The notes under the pieces: generated by a model
Databases searched by the model: none
The model's input: the letters and a program-made list of their open reading frames with translations, nothing else
Told to the model about the DNA's origin: nothing
From: the human T2T-CHM13v2.0 reference genome, Homo sapiens
Strand: one strand, 5' to 3'
Length of the DNA stretch: 64,000 nt
Assembly: GCF_009914755.1 (NCBI RefSeq)
Contig: NC_060929.1
Part shown: positions 1-13,267 of the stretch, one piece after another
Layout of the letters: every line of letters starts with the position of its first letter
Position numbering within the stretch: position 1 is the stretch's first letter
Program-made: the position numbers and the translations under genes

Positions 1-857
1 GGCCTTCTCTTCTTTGAATAAATCTTATATTTATAATTATTTTATCTAGTATTTACAATTATATTAAATTGTATTTATTTATACCGCTCCTTTTCTTTAA
101 AGATTATTCAGATCTTTGATATAATGAATTTAATTAAATTTGTAATATGAACTAAGAAATATAATAAAATTCAAAGCCTCCTGGAAAAAGTCCTTTTGAT
201 ACAGGCAAAAATTGCCTTAACAGGAAATTGAAATGCCTGCTTCCCTTTTAACCTTCTTCCCCTACTCTTCCTCTTCCTCCTCTCTCTCTTTCACTTTTCT
301 TTTCCTCGATTCTCTCTCTGAGGAAATACATGCCTCTAATTTCATTCTATAGGTGGCACTCACGTCTCTATGCACGAAGTTCTGAAGAAATTTCAGGCCA
401 AAAACTTGTCTGTAAAAAGTCCTTGATCTCAGAGAAGTGTATTGATTTCTGAAAAACATAACACCCATTTCTGTAAAAATAAATTTTAAATGAGCTCTCT
501 TAAGTAAAGTTATTCAATTTATACCTTTATTTGTATGTGGTGATAAGTAATTTCAAGAGTGGTGACAAATGAGTTTTATGTAACAGAGACTCTGAGCCAC
601 ATGCTGAAGTATATGTGCATGCACATGTGTGTGCACCTGCGTGTACATGTGTGCGTATGGAGGGCATGCATGCGTGGGTGGGCACGTGCAGGGGTATGTT
701 TGTGTTTTCAGTGTTCACACCAGAGAGAGCAGGTATTCAGGAAAAACCTCTTCCTGAAATAGGCTGGCTGGAGCCCCCTGGGGTGACGGCTCCCGGCTGT
801 GTGGGCTGTCTGCCCTCAGGCACAGTGTGGTGTGGGGGCACCTGCCTCTGCCCGCAT

Positions 858-1135
858 GTGTGTGTATGCACGTGTACATGCATCTGTGTGTGTGCACGTG
901 TGTGTGTGTGGAGTGAGCGTCTGTTAAGTGTTGGTGACAGGGAGGTTAATCAACATGAAACTGTTTACTGCCGTGATTCCTACGTGTGTGTATGCACGTG
1001 TACATGCATCTCTGTGTGTGCGTGTGTGTGTGTGCATGTGTGTGTGTGTGTGTGTGTGTGTGGAGTGAGCGGCTATTAAGAGTTGGTGACAGGGAGGTTA
1101 ATCAACATGAAACTATTCCCTGTCGTGATTCCTAC
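858..1135. repeat. Two-copy tandem duplication (about 126 and 152 bp) of a TG-rich plus unique segment
   Basis: 858-983 and 984-1135 both read gtgtgtgtatgcacgtgtacatgcatc...ggagtgagcg...ttggtgacagggaggttaatcaacatgaaact...cgtgattcctac. Confidence 0.9.
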
Positions 1136-1299
1136 AGTGGCTCCCTTACCAAGCTGGGAAATTGAATACAAGTCTTAGAACTCAGTTCCCCTTAGAGACA
1201 ATCTTGTCCAGAGGCTTCCTGACATGTGTGAAGAAACAGAAGCCCATGGAATTCAAATCACTTGCCCCACACCCAGAGGTCAGAGCCCTGGAGGCTGTG

Positions 1300-2160
1300 T
1301 CCATATGTGCGCATGCGTGGATGTGTACCATGTGGACGTGTGTGTGTGTCTCTGTGTATGTGGATGTGTACATTGTGTGTGTGTCTCTGTAATACACACA
1401 GATATACAGAGAAAAATAAACACACATACACATACAGAGACACACACACAATGCCGTTGCATTGGCATTGCTCTCCCGTGTCCCGGGTGGCCTTGCTGTG
1501 GAGCGCCTGGTCGTCCTGTGTGCCAGTGTCAAGCTTGTTAATTAGGCTGAGCGTGTGTGTATTTTTCTCTGTATATCTGTGTGTATGTGTCTCTGTATGT
1601 GCATGTGTGTATTTGTCTCTGTATATCTGTGTGTGTATGTGTATGTGCATGTGTGTGGGTGTGTACTTGTCTCTGTATATCTGTGTGTGTGTGTCTGTAT
1701 GTGCATGTATTTGTCTTTGTATATCCGTTATGCGTGGATGTTTGTGTGTATGTGTCTCTAGGTGAGTGTGCATGTGTGTGCGTGTGTGTGTGTATGAGTG
1801 TGTCTCTGGGTGTCTGCTCATTTGTCTCTGTATGTGCATGTGTGTGGGTGTGTGTGTCTGTATATCTGTGTGCGCATGTGTCTCTGTATGTGTGTGTATC
1901 TGTGTGCGTACGTGTCTCTGTATGTGTGTGTGTGTGTGCATATGTGTCTCTGTATATCTGCATGTATGTGTCTCTGTATGTGCATGCATATGGGTGTGTG
2001 TGGATTTGTCTTTGTCTATCTGCATGCATGTGTTTGTGCGTATGTGTCTCTATGTGCATGTGCATGAATGTGTCTCTGTGTGTCTGTGTCTCTAGGTGTG
2101 TGTGCATGTGTGTGTATGAGTGTGTCTCTGGGTGTGTGCATGTGTGTGTGGATGTGTGTG
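1300..2160. repeat. (TG)n/(TGTA)n/(TCTCTG) low-complexity tract with Z-DNA potential
   Basis: Largely alternating purine-pyrimidine sequence; source of the Cys/Val-rich and His/Thr-rich spurious ORFs. Confidence 0.9.
1453..1555 (-). repeat. Perfect 103-bp inverted copy of 4159-4261
   Basis: gccgttgcattggcattg...ttaattaggctgagcgtg is the reverse complement of cacgctcagcctaattaa...aatgcaacggc. The ORF track shows identical peptides from both sites in two frames. Confidence 0.97.
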
Positions 2161-5100
2161 ACAATGGGCATGGGGAGGGGGCAGGATGGAGGCCCCCAGG
2201 AGCAGAGGTGCACACCTGGGGCGCTGAGCTTCTGTCTGGGCCAAGCTCCTTCGAAGTCCTCCTGGGGTCCCGGGTCCTCTGGATTGGCATCAACAGGCTT
2301 AATGGGGGTGGCCCAGGGTCTCAGCAATGCTCAGAGCCCCCTAATCAAGGCGAAGGCAGAGAGAGGGCGGCTCGTGTGCTGAGGGCATTGTTTGCACAGC
2401 CTTGATGAGAAAGAAGCAGCGTCTGTTCCTGGATTTCTCTTCAGCCCTTGGTGTGAGGGGGCGGGCGTAACAGGGCCTGTGGGCCACTGCCGTATACACG
2501 GCTCAGTTCCGTTTTCAGAGAACACTTGAGTCAGACAGGCCTGAGGCCAAATTCATCTGGGGTACTTTCAGCCAGGAGGTCTCAGGTGAATCAGTCTCAC
2601 TGCGGGCACCCCTGGGGTTCTGGGGGGCACTGGTGACTTCCTGACCTTACAGACAAAGCTGGGTCCACACTTGCTTCTGTCTCCCCCTGCTCCTGGCTGG
2701 TGCCTGCACAGCCCTCACCCATGGGGGGCCCTCCCAGCTCCTCTGCTGCCTAGCCCAGACCTCCACCCTCATTTTCCTGTAGAATGACAGCGACAGGTGT
2801 CTGCTGGGTGGCCTCGTTTCTCCACGGCGCCCGCCTGCTCCAGCTGCCCTCTTACGCTGCCAGCCCCAAGCAGGCAGCCCATGACTGTGACTCCCGATGA
2901 ACTACTGACTCTCTGGGTGGAGGAAGCTGTTCCCCAGAGCTGGATTCCAAGACTGGAGGCCGCTGGAGGAGGTTGAACTCAGCCTACCCTTCCTGCTAGA
3001 AACGACTCACAGTTTTCTTGGTTAAAACCCAGTGGCCAATAAAATGCCAACATCCCCAGAGAACTTCTGCCTCACCTAGTGTGGATGAACACGTCATCAT
3101 GTCTTGGTGGGGGTCGGGGAGGGACTGCTACAGCTTAGGAGGGAGAGTAAGGAGGCACCCAGGGGGAGAAGGAGCCCATGATGGGCTGAAGAGCTGCTGC
3201 CGGTCTTGGAGAGGTGCCTGTGAGAGTCGGGGTCTGTTCTTCCTGTGGCAGGCAGTTACGCTCCCCGACTTCTCCCAGCATGAAATGTACTAGGAACAAG
3301 AGGCCTGCCTCTTGGCTGTCCAGAAAGCATGGAGACATGGTCGAAGACTCCGAGGCTTAGGCCGTGTCCACCTGCAATACACCAGCAGTGAGTGCAGCCT
3401 GCACAGGCAGCGGCGTGGCTGTGGGACCTGCCCGGAAGGGGACGGAGATATGAAGCCCCCTGGGGAATTGTGCATCCAGATCCCCTCCAAGCAATATACC
3501 CCAGCTCGGAAACAAGGTCTGATGCTCATGTTCCAGAGTCACGGTGGTTTTGCGGATGCTGTAGAGCAACCCTTCCTTGAATTCCCCATGAGGGAACCTG
3601 GAGATCTTTATTTTTCATGTGCAATCTTGTCTTGGGGTGGAACTGTCTATACTCCAAGACTCGGGAGATGAAAGGTTCTGCAGAATTCTGTACTCTGTGG
3701 GATGCTCTTGGAGGCAACAGAAGGCTCTGTTAGCATGGCTGGCACCTCTGTTTTGGCTCAGATGCACGCAGAGGTGAACATGACAGAAGACTTCAAGCCA
3801 AGCGGAGCCACCCCACTTCTTCATCAGGGGATGCATTCACTATCTGTAGGAAGCTTGGGGCCTCATGTGAATACCACATCGTGTGGACAAACATCCCAGT
3901 CCTGGTTGAAACCTACCCTGTGGAAATCCTCAACCAGGGCTTACCTAGAGTAGCAAGAGCCCTACTGCTGTGCAGATGGAAGACTTCCACATGCAGGTAT
4001 ATTAAAGGCTTCTACGTAAGGGAAAATTATGAGCAATATACCCCACCAACTTGTAAAACAATAAATATACTCTCTTGCTCCAACAAGCTACTATGCTGGA
4101 GACAGTCACCCTGCCACACAACCCGAGGGGGCCGATTCCGGTTGAGGTTCTCATGCGTCACGCTCAGCCTAATTAACAAGCTTGACACTGGCACACAGGA
4201 CGACCAGGCGCTCCACAGCAAGGCCACCCGGGACACGGGAGAGCAATGCCAATGCAACGGCTGCTATTTTTAATTATTTGGAGAACTAATTTTAACAGAA
4301 AACGTAATTAAAAATTTGTAAATAGAACACCCCAAAGTGCTCCCTCTGGCGCCTGTATGCATCTATTTGACATTTGCTTAACAAATTTTCAGGTCGTCAT
4401 TTTACAGGTACAACATCTACACTCCTGTATCTCCCATAAGCTTTGCAATCTGTGATCTTACGCATCATTTACTTTTCTGAGAAAGACGCTTTGCTTAGGT
4501 CTTCATCTTTTCCTGCCTAGTTCTTGGTGGTGGTAATTTATGGAAGGGCAGTCCCTGTCGAAGGGTCCAGCTGTGGGTGGCAGCGAGCCTGGCCCCTGCT
4601 GCAAGCACATCCCATCCAGCTCCTTGCTTGTGGGCGGATTTCTGGGGAGTAGAAGGTGTGCCATTTGGGTGGTCAGTTATGGTATTTGCAGAGTTTATCA
4701 TCACTGACATTAAAGAGAAGGCCGGATAAAAGTTCTGTGGTGGGGGTAAAAGAAGAAGCAGCCACAGGCCATGTGGTACACTGGACCTGCAGCCTCGTAG
4801 ACCTCCTGCTTGATACGGTCACCTCGGCTAGAGGCCGGGCAAGGAATCTAGGCTCCCAGTGGCCACCTTGCCCTTGCCCTGCTGTAATAGAACATCACCA
4901 GGTCAGGGTGATGCAGGGAGCTCCGCACATGTCAGCTTCTCCTGGCAAAGGTCAGTGGAGAGGAGGCAGAAAAAGTGTGTGCTCCCACGAGAGAGTGAGC
5001 AAGTGTGTGCTCCCGTAAGAGAGTGTATGAGTGTGTGCTTATGTGTGGATGTGTGTGAACGTGTGTGTAAGTGTGTGTGAGCTTGGGTATAAGCATGAGT

Positions 5101-7610
5101 GTGTGTGTGAGTGTGTAAGATACACAAGTGTGCTAGGGTGCGCATGAATGTATAACTCTCAGTGCCCAGGAGCATGTGTAAGGGTGTGCAGGAGTGTGTG
5201 TGCCTAAGTGTGCAGAAGTGAATGCGTGTGTGCAGAAATGTGCATGAGCCTAAGCATGCAGAAATATGTGTGTTGCCAGTTATAGTTTGTTGACCCTGGC
5301 AGCATTTCTGGGGCTGAAAAGACATTTGAAACAAGGACACAGGAAGACCAGAATGTCACCTGTGACCGCACTCACCCCCACCCCTCCCTGGGCTGAGGGC
5401 TGCTCTTTCTGGTGCACTTTGCCAGGAAGTTCAATCTCTTCCTGCTCAAAACCAAGGAGTTTCTTAAAGAGCCAAATCTGAGGTCAGCCTGAGGTTCAGG
5501 CAGGACACACCTGAGCTGCTCAGGTGCACCTGGAGTCAGCTGGTCGACCCAGTGTGGCAGCACCACCCGGATAGCCAGGGAGGCTGGCATGGCCAGAGAG
5601 AAGAGACAGGGCGGCCAGCAGGTGCTGACCGAGGTCAAGGCCCTTGGGGCAGCTCACGGAGAAGCAGCTGGACTCAAGGACATCCTGGAGTATGGAGCAG
5701 AGCCTATGGAAAGAGTGTGACCTTTCACAAGAGCTGACCTGAGCCCTCGAAGTCCCTTTTCTCACTTGATCTCACACAGCCCCAGGTACTGGGACCAGCA
5801 GTCACTGGTCATTTTTGCTCAGATGAGACTTGGATAACTTTGCATTGGTTGCAGGGCTGTGCAGTGGTGCCACCTGAAGAATCCGAGGGCGGAGCCCAAG
5901 AATGTCACCAACAGCTTTGCACCAGTTGCAGAGCCGTGGAATGGTGCAGCCTGGAAAGTCCAAAGGCAGAGCCCACAGGCGTCAATGACAGGCTCCAAGG
6001 ACCCTGTGGCCAGTGCCACCATGAGGACCTACTGCAAAGTGAGCCCACTGCAGAACCCGGCCTGCCTGTCACAAGCAGTGGATCTGTGGATGTCCAGGCA
6101 AGGCCCTGGCCTGTGAATGGCTGAATACCAAAAGGACTCCGTGTGTGGCAGGTGAAGCCGTCTCTGTGGCCAGACCCGTGCTTATCCCTCCCGCCCTGAG
6201 CCCACCGCTCCTGTGCCCTTGCCCTGCCCCTCAGGTGGCCTCACCATCCTTGGGTGATGTGGCCTTCAAGCAGTGACACTCGAGTTTCTCTGACCTTGCC
6301 CACCTGCTAGAAGCTCAAGTGGCAGAACTGAGGTGGGCATGAGCGCAGGTCTTCAGTCTGGTTTTGCTTCCCCTTGGCGTTGTCCAAATGAGGAAAGCGT
6401 TTTTCTGATGCTTGTTCACAGAAGGAAAGCGTCAAACCCACCGGGGCTGTGCTCGTCCTACAAACTCATTTCTTTCCTAGTGTGAAAAGAAAAGGGCTGA
6501 TGGAACGGTGTTCTCTCAGCAGGGAAGGACCCAGCCTGCCACTTGTCTCCTTTGGAAATGGAGCTGGCTTCTGCAGTATAAGGGCCGTCTGGAGGAGGGA
6601 CAGCGCTGACATCTGCCCCCTCTGAAACGCACTCAGCCCCTCAGGAGGGGGCGTCGGGAGTCTCGGATGATGATGTGACCGAGTCCTGGGTGAAAGGTTG
6701 GCACTGGGAAAGGAGCTGACTCCAAAGACAGATGGGAGCAGGGAAAATGAGCGCCGTCTCAGGAACGAATCCTTGAGCAGGTGAGATCCCCCTGAAAAGA
6801 GAAGAAATTGCATGAGCCCCAGAGCTACTCCGTGGCACAGAGATGGACGGAAAGCCTGCTCTCCGGGTGGCTCTGTGGCTGAGACGGGCAACACCTCTCA
6901 AATGGAAACACCTGACGTTGCACCAGATCTCAGATGCGAAGGGCGGGGGTCCCTCCAGTGAGGACTCCCAGGGGACCGAGTTTTCCACCTGCGTTCTAGA
7001 TGTTCTCCGTGAAAGCATCACGTGGTGTCCCGGTGAGGGGCCTGGCTGAGTGGGCATCGGCTTGAGCGCCTGGAGCTTGCTGGAGAAGAGACTCATGGGC
7101 ACCACCGGGCCCACCATGCAGACTTCAGGGAAAGAGAGCAGCCGGAATGCGTTTTAAATCCTGCCTGAGAGCGTGGATGCTACAGGACTCCTGGCGTGGG
7201 GAACCCGGCATCTGTGTATGTGCCCGTGGGCATGTGGTCAGCGAGGCAACCCTCACAGGACCACGAGGCCCTGGTCGGACACAGGCTGCCCGCAGCCCCT
7301 TCCCACAGGAGCACCACCAGTAAGGCCTTTACTGTCCCCTTATCCCTTGCTGTTTCCCCACCGACACCCTGACGCTGAGCAGCCGGAGAGAGTGGAGGAG
7401 TGCGAGAGCCGCGTCCACAGCAGCAATGGCCCTGCAGAGGGGAGGGAAACTGAGGGCAGACTGAATGGAGACTGTGGGTTCCACTTCAGGGGGCTCGGAC
7501 ACGACAATCTGATGGTCTCCCTGTAACTTAGGAAAGACCTGTGTTGTCCTGAGGGGCTGAGGCAAGGACCACCTGCACAGGTAGATTTCAAGGATAAACG
7601 GGCCAGGCAC

Positions 7611-8146
7611 TTCCAGAGGCCGACCATCTCCTGCGTGAAGTCAGGATCCCCACGGCAACTCCTGCAGCAAATCCGGAGTCTTGACTTCCCGCCCGCAGCA
7701 GAGAAGCAGGACGTCAGCATCCTGCCTGTGTCTCGTGCTTGGGAGAGAGCGGGATGTAACAGCACCCGGAAGCGTGTTCATGTGTAGTGTTAGGCATGTT
7801 AAAGTGTGGCATTAATGTGTAGATATCACTCCTATAGTTGTTAAACTGCAAGTTTAGCTTGAATTAAGGGAGTTGGGGGGACCATTTAACTCAATTATGC
7901 TAGTTTGGAAATGTCTTTGTGAGAGTAGGGTCAGCGCGGATCAGCCACGTGGAAGACTAGGATACGGGTCACACTTATCTGTGTTCCTATGGAAACTATT
8001 TGGGTATTTGTTTTATATGGATTTTTATTCACTTTTTAGACATGCTACTCAAGGGTGCCCCTCAGCTTCTGAGCGAGCAGTTGTAGTTTGTACAATGGCA
8101 GAATGGGCCAGAAGCTTAGGGTTTTGAACTTTTTTGTAAAATAAAG
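7611..8146 (+). pseudogene. ODC1: 5'-truncated processed pseudogene (retrocopy) of ornithine decarboxylase ODC1: last ~60 codons plus 3'UTR
   Basis: From 7611 it reads FQRPTISCVKSGSPRQLLQQIRSLDFPPAAEKQDVSILPVSRAWE, against recalled ODC1 [51 protein letters not shown] GTG TAG (INV*) at 7811-7822. ODC1-type 3'UTR follows (aactgcaagtttagcttgaattaaggg...ggaagactaggata...cacttatctgtgttcctatggaaactattt...gtacaatggcagaatgggcca) with AATAAA at 8140-8145. Frameshift after AWE, no start, no intron. The gene symbol is that of the parent. Confidence 0.93.
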
Positions 8147-8152
8147 TCTCTC

Positions 8153-8195
<43 letters not shown>
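8147..8195. repeat. (TC)n microsatellite
   Basis: Direct reading; immediately follows the retrocopy AATAAA. Confidence 0.95.
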
Positions 8196-8693
8196 TGAGA
8201 TGGGGGTCCAGGCAGAGCGGCTTTGGTGATTGCACTCCCCAGGTCCAGCCCACACAAGGTTTAACACCAGTGGAAAGCCTTCACATTGGAAGTTCCCGAG
8301 GGACTAGGTTGCTTGTAAGCATTAAATTAAGTAGGAGTGATGCTGAAAAATAAAAAAAAACCCACAAAAGAACAACAAAGCTTCCCAGGCCCTGCCCGGC
8401 CCATTGTGGGTTTCAGCCAGAACCCCCCCACCCCATGCCAACCTCCTCTTCTCTAAACACGTCTTTCCCTTTGACCTCTGCTGTGCACAGAAGAACTCCG
8501 AAACCAGTGGGGCCACTCCCAGGACCTGAAGAGCGGGAAGGTCCACATCAAGGCAGCGGCCATGGGATCCCCTTGAGAGGGGTAGCCTGCAAGTCAGCAA
8601 CCTCCCTTCCCCGACCCCAAGGGCAGGGGCAGTCAGAGGAGTCAGCACGGGTTTGGTGAAGATCTGCATCTGAACCACAGGGGCCAGGACGTT

Positions 8694-8800
8694 CAGGTCA
8701 TCCCAGGACATCCTAGGACATCCCAGATCATCCCAGGACATCTCAGGTCATCCCAGGTCATCCCAAGATATCCCAGGTCATCCCAGGACATCCCAGGTCA
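8694..8800. repeat. 10-bp-unit minisatellite CAGG(T/A)CATCC, about 10 copies
   Basis: caggtcatcc caggacatcc taggacatcc cagatcatcc... Confidence 0.92.
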
Positions 8801-10109
8801 ACCTGGGACTCAGGAATCCTCTTTGCCCTCCTTATAGAAAACAGTAGAAAAGACCTTTGCCAACCAGTTTTACAGAGAAACAGGTATGGATAAAATAGAA
8901 ACAGCTTCAATAGAGTCTTGGTTGGATTTTTTTTTCTAATACTTATTTCTAAATGAACACAATCTACTCCAGCACTCTTTAATGTAATAAAAACATAGCT
9001 CTGGGTCAGGTATGAAATTAATGATACAAATTCAAAGTATTAATGCTCAGTGGGCTGAAACAACTTCAATGAAGAAATCATCAAACTCCGTAACCAGACC
9101 CAAATGGAAAAAACAGAAGCATATGCACGATTCCAACAGCAATCTGCTATGAAGGCGATTATGAAAACATGTATAAAATATTTATTTTTAATAAGATGAA
9201 TGTCCTATTTCTTAAAACCAAAATAAGATTAGACTTTTATTATCAAAGCAAAAGGATGGTTATACAATGCCACCTCTTCACGTGGATGGAAATGCTAATT
9301 TTATTATCTTAATTTGTACAGCTATGTTTCTTGTCTTTTTTGTTCTTTCTTAAGTTAAATAGGTAGAAATAAAAAAAGCTTTCGGGTTTCATGTGTATAG
9401 AGTGAAATCCATGGTACCAAATATCCAACTAGAACATTTAACAGATCCAATAATTATAGTGCCAGAACAATTTCCAATGTCACCAGAGTCTTGAAAGGAC
9501 ACTTCCAAGACAAATGGAGCCAACGGGAATGCGTAAGAACGCCTTTCACCATGTGAGATGCATGAATCTACGTGCCACTTTGCAGGCGACACATTCCTGA
9601 GGAAAGGAAGCTGAACACTGCAGTCTCCTGGAGGTGATTCCTCCAGGAGCACCACAGCCAGCGTCCACACTTGCAAAGTGCAGTTTCCAGATGCAACGTG
9701 GGCACGGCACGGGAGGTGGAAGGCAGCCCGCAGGGAAGTTAGAGGCCTCTCACGTGTTATGGGCAGCCATGGCTCTCCTGGGACCTGGCTGTTCTCAGTC
9801 TTCTGGCTCATGGAATGGAAATGGGTTGGCTCAGGGCAGAGGCTTCTGGTCCCCAAGGGAGCTCTCGGGGAGCAGTGACCCTGTGGTGGAAATGGGTCAC
9901 TAGATAATGCTCAGGCAGCGATCTCAGATGCACTAAAGGGCATTTGTTTACAGTTGTCCACTGCAGAACAACCCGCAGCAGTGAAACCTCCAAAAGAAAC
10001 TAAATAGACAGTGTTAGGGGAGGATTAAATAAAACATGTTCCCAAAATTAGATATTAATATTATGAAGCCATTAAAGGCATATCTTTGAGGATATTTAAA
10101 TACGTGGTC

Positions 10110-10795
10110 CACATCTCACGCCAGTCAGAATGCCAGTTATTACAAAGTCAGGAAACCATAGATGCTGGCAAGGCTGTGGAGAAATAGAAACCTTTTACAC
10201 TGTCGGTGGGAATGTAAATTAGTTCGACCGTGGTGGAAGACAGTGTGGCGATTCCTCAAGGATCTAGAACCAGAAATACCATTTGACCCAGCAAGCCCAT
10301 TACTGGGTATATACCAAAAGGATGATAAATCATTCTACTCTAAAGACACATGCACACGCACATGTATGTGTATTCCAGCACTATTTACAAGAGCAAAAAC
10401 ATGGAACCAACCCAAATGCTCATTGATGAAAGGCTGGATAAAGAAAATGTGGTACATATACCCCATGGAATACTATGCAGCCATAAAAAGGAATGAGATC
10501 ATGTCCTTTGCAGGGACATGGATGAGGCTGGGAGCCATCATCCTCACCAAGTAACACAGGAACAGAAAACCAAACACCACATGTTCTCACTTATAAGTGG
10601 GAGCTGAACACTGAGAACACATGGACACTGAGAGGGGAACATCACACACCAGGGTCTGTTGAGGGGTGGGGTTTTAGGGGAGGAACTTAGAGGACAGGTC
10701 ACTAGGTGCTGCAAACCACCATTGTACACGTACGCCTATTAATAAATCTGCACGTTCTGCGCTTGTATCCTGTTTTTTTTTTAAAGAAATAAAAG
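10110..10795 (+). mobile_element. 5'-truncated L1PA (older primate L1): ORF2 end plus 3'UTR
   Basis: ORF 10162-10554 gives L1 ORF2 C-terminal motifs ([33 protein letters not shown]). A-rich tail. TSD-like aaatac(g/a)tggt at 10098 and 10796. Confidence 0.93.
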
Positions 10796-11189
10796 AAATA
10801 CATGGTTTAAATGGTAAAGATTTATGTTAAGTAAAAAGGCAAGATAAAAACTATATATTAATATAATCTCTGCTATAGAAATATCTTTATATCTGCACAC
10901 ATAAATATATGACTACACAAATACATATATATAATAATATAATACACACATACATGTAAGTGGAAATACCCAGTAAAAACATAAATAGTTTACTTGTGGT
11001 TTATTTTTGTATCCTCTTGTTACCTTTTGTCCCAACAAAAATCTCTACAATGAATTTGAATTCATCCCATCACTGAGCAGCCTTTATCTTAATGCATATT
11101 ATGAAACTGTCACAGCGAATGTGCATGCACGATAGCAAATGAAGGTAGTCATGTTAGCACACTCGGTCTCCACTGGTATTTTCATTTTT

Positions 11190-13260
<2,071 letters not shown>

Positions 13261-13267
13261 TTTATGC

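Noticed and set aside
241-500. Possible + strand terminal exon (pyrimidine tract, ctaat, TAG at 350-352, AATAAA at 478)
   Set aside because: Signals are common by chance in AT-rich DNA and the spacing is imperfect; cannot be supported without transcript data.
1182-2405. Several 100-280-aa Cys/Val-rich or His/Thr-rich ORFs
   Set aside because: Products of (TG)n low-complexity DNA, open in many frames on both strands.
3901-3938. Inverted repeat cctggttga...tcaaccagg
   Set aside because: A 9-bp stem is expected by chance in 64 kb; no ncRNA features.
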